A stretch of 31,257 nucleotides of DNA from a virus (lineage: Duplodnaviria; Caudoviricetes): positions 1 through 31,257 of IMG/VR virus record IMGVR_UViG_3300044513_003743; one strand, written 5' to 3'. A program made the translations under genes and the position numbers. Below the pieces are notes generated by a model, which saw only the letters and a program-made list of their open reading frames with translations, was not told the DNA's origin and made no database searches. Of the stretch, positions 25,291 to 31,257 are shown piece after piece. The stretch's first letter is position 1, and every line of letters begins with the position of its first letter.

Positions 25291-26391
25291 ATGACAAAAG
25301 CAGGTAAAATTGACCTAAAAGCGATGCAAAAACTTGTTAACAAAAAAACCGGCTTAAACGTTGCTCACAACCTAAACGAAAATAACCCCACTATTGTGAA
25401 AGAGTGGATTCCTACAGGGTCTCGCTGGCTTGATTCTATTACATGTAGAGGAAGGCTCGGCGGCATCCCAGTAGGAAAGATAACTGAGATTGCTGGACTA
25501 TCTGGTGCTGGTAAATCATTCATGGCTGCTCAAATTGCTGCTAACGCTCAGAAGAAAGGAAAGTTTCCTGTCTACTTTGATGCTGAATCTGCAATTGACC
25601 CTCACTTCTTGGAAAGCTGTGGAGTTGACACTGAGAATCTAATGTATGTTCAAGCAATTTCTGTTGAGAAAGTATTAGAAACAATTGAGACTCTCATTGA
25701 TCAATATGAAGATACACAATTTATATTTATCTGGGACTCAATTGCTGCAACAAGTTCAGAGAAAGAGCTTGAATCAGACTTTAATCCTCAATCAACAATG
25801 TCCGTTAAACCAAGAATATTTGGCAAGGCATTTCCCAAACTAACTATTCCTTTGGCTAATGGACAACACACTTTACTTCTGATTAATCAGTTGAAAACCA
25901 ACATCAACGTTCAGAATCCAATGGCTGCTCTTATTGAGCCTTACATCGCACCCGGCGGTAAAGCTATTGAATACTTCTGCTCTATGCGTATTTGGCTTAC
26001 AAAGCGTAAATCAAAAGCAGCATACTTGCAAGATGAAACTGGTCTTCGTATTGGCTCGGAAGTTAAGTGTAAACTTCAGAAGTCTCGCTTCGGGACTGAA
26101 GGAAGAGAGTGCACATTCAAGATTCTATGGTCTGGTGGCGCTGCTATTCAAGATGAAGAGTCTTGGCTGTTAGCACTCAAATCCTCTGGAACCAAACGCT
26201 TGAAACTATCAGGCGCATGGTATACTCTTGTTGATAAAGATGGAAAAGAAATAAAATTCCAAGGAAAACAATGGAAGACAAAACTTCAAGATCCACATTT
26301 TAGACAAACAGTTCTAGATATTATGGATGAAGAGATTGTCAAGAAGTTTGAATCCGAAGGTAAAAATTTTAGTGTGAGTGAAGACGACTAG
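25291..26391 (+). CDS. recA: RecA/UvsX-like recombinase (366 aa)
   Basis: IPTGS..LD, GGIPVGKITEIAGLSGAGKS (Walker A), YFDAESA, IWDSIAA (Walker B), INQL, PGGKAIEY. Confidence 0.93.
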   Translation: MTKAGKIDLKAMQKLVNKKTGLNVAHNLNENNPTIVKEWIPTGSRWLDSITCRGRLGGIPVGKITEIAGLSGAGKSFMAAQIAANAQKKGKFPVYFDAESAIDPHFLESCGVDTENLMYVQAISVEKVLETIETLIDQYEDTQFIFIWDSIAATSSEKELESDFNPQSTMSVKPRIFGKAFPKLTIPLANGQHTLLLINQLKTNINVQNPMAALIEPYIAPGGKAIEYFCSMRIWLTKRKSKAAYLQDETGLRIGSEVKCKLQKSRFGTEGRECTFKILWSGGAAIQDEESWLLALKSSGTKRLKLSGAWYTLVDKDGKEIKFQGKQWKTKLQDPHFRQTVLDIMDEEIVKKFESEGKNFSVSEDD

Positions 26392-26414
26392 TTTTGTTTT
26401 CATGTTTTTCTCCT

Positions 26415-26449
26415 GGCGGTGGGTTGTGGTTGGCTCACCGCCTTTTTTT
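26415..26449 (+). terminator. Rho-independent terminator after recA
   Basis: GGCGGTGGG/CTCACCGCC stem followed by T7. Confidence 0.85.
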
Positions 26450-26458
26450 ATTTTCTTC

Positions 26459-26487
26459 TTGACACGTTGAGAATAATATGTTATAAT
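26459..26487 (+). promoter_or_regulatory. Consensus sigma70 promoter
   Basis: TTGACA 26459-26464, 17 bp, TGT-TATAAT (TATAAT 26482-26487). Confidence 0.9.
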
Positions 26488-26507
26488 ATATGAGACACGG
26501 AGGAATT

Positions 26508-26660
26508 ATGAATGATAAACTTTGGCTATTGATAGATAGCGTTCACAAAAAACTATTGAGAGCGAGACTTTGGACAACTTCGCTTGATGATTATAAACAA
26601 GATATTGAAGATGCAATAAAAGCATTGGAAGAAGCAAAAAGAAAGATGGAGGAAAAATGA
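26508..26660 (+). CDS. Small helical hypothetical protein (50 aa; not in ORF track)
   Basis: GGAGG RBS downstream of the promoter; MNDKLWLLIDSVHKKLLRARLW...KMEEK; ATGA overlap with the next gene. Confidence 0.7.
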   Translation: MNDKLWLLIDSVHKKLLRARLWTTSLDDYKQDIEDAIKALEEAKRKMEEK

Positions 26661-26995
26661 GAGCATTATTCGCAGTTATTTTATTTACAGCAGCCCAGAT
26701 ATTGGCTTGGTTTCAATCAAACTCTGGTATCATCGGAGAGCCATTTAAATCAAACTATGTCTTGATTGCTTTAATATTCGGACCTATTGTATCTCTATTG
26801 TTTGCTCACGCAACAATTATGCTTTATGAATCTATGCCTTTGTGGTCTATTAGATTTGTAACGTTTGCAATAGGTTATTTAATATTCATACCATTGACTT
26901 GGTATTTCTTGGGAGAAGAGGTGTTTACCCTTAAGAACATTCTATCGTTCTTGTTGTGCTGTGTTTTGATCTCAATACAATTTTTCATGAAATAG
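26657..26995 (+). CDS. Four-TM membrane protein, SMR/DMT-like (112 aa)
   Basis: Four hydrophobic segments; C-terminal WYFLGEEVFTLKNILSFLL resembles the DMT-superfamily F.GE..T motif. Confidence 0.65.
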   Translation: MRALFAVILFTAAQILAWFQSNSGIIGEPFKSNYVLIALIFGPIVSLLFAHATIMLYESMPLWSIRFVTFAIGYLIFIPLTWYFLGEEVFTLKNILSFLLCCVLISIQFFMK

Positions 26996-27003
26996 GAGGA
27001 GAA

Positions 27004-27573
27004 ATGAAACTAAAAGACATTTTAAGATTAAGTCAAAAAAAACTTTCTGGTTTAGATCTAATGTTGTACTATTGTTTAAAAGAATTATCTATAGATAATA
27101 AAATGCCGGCATTGTCACAAGAAGTCAGTCCATATTTCAAAGAATATTCTTATAGAGGTATTATAAAATCTCTTCTTAAACTAGAACAATATGGTTTGAT
27201 AACAACAATTCTAGATGAAAGAGGTAAAAGAGAGAAAATATATTTTAATGAAATAGAAACTCCAACTCTAGAAAGAAAAAAAATAACAAAACCTAAATGT
27301 GGAATTTATAAAATCTATAATAATTCTAATGTATATGTTGGGCAAAGTAAAAATATAAAACAACGCTGGAAAGACCATAATCAAAAAATGACTAGAGGTA
27401 TACATCCTTATTTTTCAAAACAAGAAGCCGACCAAGTCGCATATGAAATTTTAGAAGAGTGTAAAATCTGTGAATTGAGTATAAAAGAAATTTTATGGTC
27501 TCAAAGACTTAAAGATAAAGGACTAAAAGTCCTTAATGAAGAAAACTTTACATTAATACAGGAGGATGAATGA
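27004..27573 (+). CDS. GIY-YIG endonuclease with N-terminal helical/HTH-like region (189 aa)
   Basis: Start at ATG 27004 (AGGAGG RBS); CGIYKIYNNSNVYVGQSKNIKQRWKDH; conserved E and N near the C-terminus; very AT-rich. Confidence 0.8.
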   Translation: MKLKDILRLSQKKLSGLDLMLYYCLKELSIDNKMPALSQEVSPYFKEYSYRGIIKSLLKLEQYGLITTILDERGKREKIYFNEIETPTLERKKITKPKCGIYKIYNNSNVYVGQSKNIKQRWKDHNQKMTRGIHPYFSKQEADQVAYEILEECKICELSIKEILWSQRLKDKGLKVLNEENFTLIQEDE

Positions 27574-28520
27574 AAAAAGTTATGATTATAGATGGTCTCA
27601 ATATGTTTTTGAGGTCATACATCAACGTTCCGTCAATGGACAAGCACGGAGCACCAAACGGAGGAACATACGGCTTCATGAAGTCTCTCCAAAAGATTTG
27701 CGGGATGTTCAGTCCAGATCAGGTTGTTATCTGTTGGGATGGACAAGGAGGCTCTCAGAAGCGCAAGCAAATGAACAAAGACTACAAAGCAGGCAGAGCA
27801 CCTGTTCGCTTCAACCGGAGACTCATTGACCTGTCACCCGAAGAAGCAGATAAAAATAAATACAATCAACAGTATCGTTTAATGGAGTATCTCAATGATC
27901 TTCCCATTATTCAGACAATGATTGATTACATCGAAGCAGATGACTGTATCTCTTATATTTGTCAACACAAAATTTATGAAGATTGGGAGAAGCTGATCGT
28001 CTCCTCAGATAAGGATTTCTTTCAGCTTATTTCAGACAAAACGAAGCTATATCGCCCGATACAAGACAAAGTGGTAGACTACCCTACCTTGATAGCAGAA
28101 CACAAAATTCACCCCAAAAATTTCGCATTAGCGAGAAGTTTGGTTGGAGACAAATCGGACAATCTTCCGGGTGTTCCAAGAGTTGGCTTGAAGACAGTCG
28201 CCGGTAAGTTTACCTTTCTAAAAGAAGACAAGCAATACGAAGTTGAGGACATTATGGAGCATTGTGAGTCTTTGGATAAATTACTTAAGGTTCATGAAAA
28301 TATTTTGGAACATTCTCACCTTGTTGAGAAGAACTTTGAGATAATGCAACTATATAGTCCGCTCATTTCCAATCTCCATAAAAAACAAATAAATTTTTCT
28401 TTGGAAGAGTTTGAGCCTGAGATGGATAAACTTGGATTGACTAAAAAACTTATCTCAGATGGCATCAATGCAGGAAATTTCACTGTTTTGTTCAATTCGA
28501 TGAAAAAAATAACTTTATAA
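27570..28520 (+). CDS. 5'-3' exonuclease / flap endonuclease (Pol I N-terminal / T4 RNase H-like, 316 aa)
   Basis: IIDGLN, WDG.GGS..RK...DYKAGR, EADD, SSDKDFFQL, LVGDKSDNLPGVPRVGLKT. Confidence 0.92.
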   Translation: MKKVMIIDGLNMFLRSYINVPSMDKHGAPNGGTYGFMKSLQKICGMFSPDQVVICWDGQGGSQKRKQMNKDYKAGRAPVRFNRRLIDLSPEEADKNKYNQQYRLMEYLNDLPIIQTMIDYIEADDCISYICQHKIYEDWEKLIVSSDKDFFQLISDKTKLYRPIQDKVVDYPTLIAEHKIHPKNFALARSLVGDKSDNLPGVPRVGLKTVAGKFTFLKEDKQYEVEDIMEHCESLDKLLKVHENILEHSHLVEKNFEIMQLYSPLISNLHKKQINFSLEEFEPEMDKLGLTKKLISDGINAGNFTVLFNSMKKITL

Positions 28521-28530
28521 AAATAAAAAC

Positions 28531-28559
28531 TTGACAGACTTTTTTTAATCGGTTATAAT
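28531..28559 (+). promoter_or_regulatory. Consensus sigma70 promoter for the helicase gene
   Basis: TTGACA 28531-28536, 17 bp, TATAAT 28554-28559. Confidence 0.88.
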
Positions 28560-28580
28560 ATATATAACATTGGAGGACAT

Positions 28581-29939
28581 ATGAATAATCAAACGGAAAC
28601 GTTTCAAAGGTTTGGCAAAGCCTTTCAAGAAAAATTCTGCCACATTATGCTATCGGACAGACCTTTCTGTGACCAAGTTGCAGAGGTTTTGAACGTAGAG
28701 TTTTTGGACTACGAATATCTTCGTGTATTCGCCCAGATTCTCTTTGAGCATAGAACAAAGTATAAGGTACACCCTTCTTATGAGATTATGGAATCAAGAA
28801 TCAGAACAGAATGTAACAAGTATACAAAAGCACTCAAAGAGCAGCTTTTGCAATTCTATGCATCTATTCTTGCTACTGATCGTATTGACAACTCACAGTA
28901 TATCAAAGACAGTTCAATCGACTTCTGTCGTAAACAAGTTCTTAAGGGCGCTATGATGAAGTCTGTAAAACTTATAAAGTCATCGTCTTTTGATGAGATC
29001 CAGTCTGTTATTGAGGAAGCCTTGAAACTAGGAACTGATAATAACTTTGGTCATGATTTCATCAAAGACTTTGAAGAGCGATACACCATTACATCACGAG
29101 ACCCTGTTTCTACAGGCTTTGAACGTATTGATGAGATATGTAAAGGCGGCCTTGGTAAGTCTGAACTAGGTGTTGTTATTGCCCCAACTGGTGCTGGAAA
29201 GTCAATGGTTTTAGTCCATCTTGGCTCTGAAGCATTAAAGCAAGGAAAGACCGTAGTTCACTATACTTTGGAACTTCAAGATACGGTAGTTGGTAATCGT
29301 TACGACTCTTGTATTTCTGGAGTTCCCTTGGCCGACCTTTTTCATAATAAGCAACAGGTTCTTTATAAGATTAAAGATATCCCTGGTCAACTTATTATCA
29401 AGGAGTACCCAACCAAGTCTGCTTCAACAGAGACTATCAAGCAACATATCGAACGTCTTAAGAAACGTGGCATTGAGCCTGATATGATCATTGTTGACTA
29501 TGCTGATCTTCTGCGACCTGTTCGTTCATCTGCTGAAAAGCGCTTTGATCTTGAGAATACTTATGAAGAACTACGAGCAATCGCTCAAATTTATAAGTGC
29601 CCTGTTTGGACCGCCTCCCAGACAAACCGTTCAGGTCTCAATGCAGAAGTTATTACCATGGAAGCAATTTCAGAAGCATTTAACAAGTGTTTCGTTGCAG
29701 ACTTTATTTGTTCTTTGTCTCGTACTGTTCAAGACAAGCAAGCCAATAAAGGTCGCATGTTTATTGCTAAGAACAGAAATGGTCCCGATGGTCTTATATT
29801 CCCAGCTTTTGTTGACTGGTCGAATGTAAACATAAAGGTTTTAAACCGAGATAGCGGAGAATCTATTGCTGATGTGATTAAAGACTCAGATAGAAATACT
29901 CTTGACTTTCTCAAAGAAAAATATAAAAAACATAAATGA
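28581..29939 (+). CDS. dnaB: Replicative DNA helicase (DnaB / T4 gp41-like, 452 aa)
   Basis: STGF..ID..C.GGL, APTGAGKS Walker A, YTLEL, IIVDYADL, WTASQTNR, AKNRNG. Confidence 0.92.
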   Translation: MNNQTETFQRFGKAFQEKFCHIMLSDRPFCDQVAEVLNVEFLDYEYLRVFAQILFEHRTKYKVHPSYEIMESRIRTECNKYTKALKEQLLQFYASILATDRIDNSQYIKDSSIDFCRKQVLKGAMMKSVKLIKSSSFDEIQSVIEEALKLGTDNNFGHDFIKDFEERYTITSRDPVSTGFERIDEICKGGLGKSELGVVIAPTGAGKSMVLVHLGSEALKQGKTVVHYTLELQDTVVGNRYDSCISGVPLADLFHNKQQVLYKIKDIPGQLIIKEYPTKSASTETIKQHIERLKKRGIEPDMIIVDYADLLRPVRSSAEKRFDLENTYEELRAIAQIYKCPVWTASQTNRSGLNAEVITMEAISEAFNKCFVADFICSLSRTVQDKQANKGRMFIAKNRNGPDGLIFPAFVDWSNVNIKVLNRDSGESIADVIKDSDRNTLDFLKEKYKKHK

Positions 29940-29948
29940 GGATTTAAA

Positions 29949-31257
29949 ATGTTAAAATTAAAAGATGTAAATGTAAGAAAGTTTCGACTTTCTGAGCAGT
30001 TCATTGCTCAATATAAAGAAGCCGAGGTCCCATGGGGACCTGTCGGCTATGTTACGTTTAAGCGTACATACGCTCGCCGTTTAAGCGAGTTTGAAGAGGG
30101 TGCTGAGGGCACTGAAGAGTGGTGGCAAACATGTCGCCGTGTTATAGAAGGAATGTTCGATATTCAGAAACGTCACGCTTTCATGATTGGAATTGAATGG
30201 AATGATGCCAAAGCACAGAAGACAGCGAAAGAAGCATATGACCGTCTGTTCAACCTTAAGTGGACACCACCCGGTCGTGGTCTTTGGATGATGGGCACCA
30301 AGTTTATTATGGAGAGAACAGGCGCTGGTCTTTTCAACTGTGCTTTCCGCTCCACACGAGACCTTGCTAATAAAGGTGGGTATCTCTATGCTTGGATGAT
30401 GGATGCTCTTATGGTTGGTATCGGTGTTGGCTTTGATACTCTCGGAGCAGGAACTTTTAAAGTTAAAGAGCCGCAATGGACAGAGGATACACTACTTATT
30501 GAGGACTCTCGTGAAGGTTGGGTTAACAGTGTGCATGTCTTGCTTGATGGTTTTATTCTTGGTAAAAAAGTTCCCAACTTTGATTACTCCGCTATTCGTG
30601 GAAAAGGTGAACCAATTCGTGGTTTTGGTGGAACATCTTCCGGTCCTGATCCACTCATTGAATTGCATAACAATCTAAAAGAGTTACTAAGCCCAAAAGT
30701 AGGAGAAGAAATTGATTCGGTTGATATTGTTGACATTGAAAACCTCATCGGTCGTTGCGTTGTTGCTGGTAATGTACGTCGCTCTGCTGCCTTGGCCATT
30801 GGCCAAAACGATGATAAAAATTATCTCACAATGAAAAATGACCAAGAGAAGCTTTATCATCATCGTTGGGGTTCTAACAACTCCTTCGAAGCAAAGGTTG
30901 GTATGGACTACACTTGGCATGCCGCTCAATCTGCAATCAATGGAGAGCCTGGTTACATTTGGTTAGATAATGCCCGTAATTATGGAAGAATGAAGGACGG
31001 AAAGCGTTCTGATGACCTTAAGGTGATGGGGTTCAACCCATGTGTAGAACAACAGCTTGAAGACGCAGAACTTTGCTGTTTGGTGGAAACATTCCCTGCC
31101 AAGCATGATACATACGAAGACTATGTCAAGACTCTTGAAATTGCTTATATGTATGGAAAGACTGTGACTCTCATCAACACTCATTGGCCTGAGACAAATG
31201 CTATCATGCTAAAGAACCGCCGTATTGGTCTTTCTCAATCTGGTGTTATCCAAGCGT
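29949..31257 (+). CDS. nrdJ: Class II (B12-dependent) ribonucleotide reductase, monomeric RTPR type; 3' truncated by the window
   Basis: MLKLKDV...KRTYAR, PPGRGLW, LFNCAF, GIGVGFD, DSREGW, GFGGTSSGP, VVAGNVRRSA, GEPG, NPCVEQ.LE..ELCCLVE; open to the window end. Confidence 0.93.
   Translation, partial: MLKLKDVNVRKFRLSEQFIAQYKEAEVPWGPVGYVTFKRTYARRLSEFEEGAEGTEEWWQTCRRVIEGMFDIQKRHAFMIGIEWNDAKAQKTAKEAYDRLFNLKWTPPGRGLWMMGTKFIMERTGAGLFNCAFRSTRDLANKGGYLYAWMMDALMVGIGVGFDTLGAGTFKVKEPQWTEDTLLIEDSREGWVNSVHVLLDGFILGKKVPNFDYSAIRGKGEPIRGFGGTSSGPDPLIELHNNLKELLSPKVGEEIDSVDIVDIENLIGRCVVAGNVRRSAALAIGQNDDKNYLTMKNDQEKLYHHRWGSNNSFEAKVGMDYTWHAAQSAINGEPGYIWLDNARNYGRMKDGKRSDDLKVMGFNPCVEQQLEDAELCCLVETFPAKHDTYEDYVKTLEIAYMYGKTVTLINTHWPETNAIMLKNRRIGLSQSGVIQA

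Noticed and set aside
26956-27003. Upstream GTG start for the GIY-YIG gene
   Set aside because: It overlaps the membrane-protein gene; AGGAGG supports ATG 27004.
25291-31257. Inteins or introns in RecA, helicase or RNR
   Set aside because: Lengths are normal, motifs are contiguous, and no intein splice motifs or frame breaks are visible.

Overview
AT-rich fragment of a large contractile-tailed dsDNA phage (T4-superfamily-like myovirus, Caudoviricetes). All supportable genes lie on the + strand. Bases 1-21038 are a late virion module: end of the prohead scaffold, gp23-like major capsid protein, neck and tail-terminator proteins interrupted by an 824-aa probable internal head protein, tail sheath, two tail-tube paralogues, a gp26/gp51-like chaperone pair probably joined by a +1 frameshift, tape measure and baseplate proteins. 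A recurring intergenic ACTATTTA motif is the candidate late promoter. Bases ~20900-31257 are an early/replication module with eight near-consensus sigma70 promoters: compact family A DNA polymerase, degenerate tubulin/FtsZ-like protein, two small lipoproteins in duplicated promoter cassettes, a WYL_2/Sm-like protein, gp32-like SSB, tRNA-Thr(UGU), RecA/UvsX, SMR-like membrane protein, GIY-YIG nuclease, 5'-3' exonuclease, DnaB/gp41 helicase and a class II ribonucleotide reductase that runs off the end. The most unusual signal is non-coding. Four H-type RNA pseudoknots, plus a weaker fifth, surround the SSB gene. They share architecture but mostly not sequence, and occur as tandem pairs separated by ~25-nt unique spacers. 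Two 3'-UTR sequences complementary to Shine-Dalgarno + AUG regions lie nearby. Together with the adjacent Sm-like protein, this could be an undescribed phage small-RNA regulatory system. All calls come from reading motifs by eye; no searches or folding programs were run.
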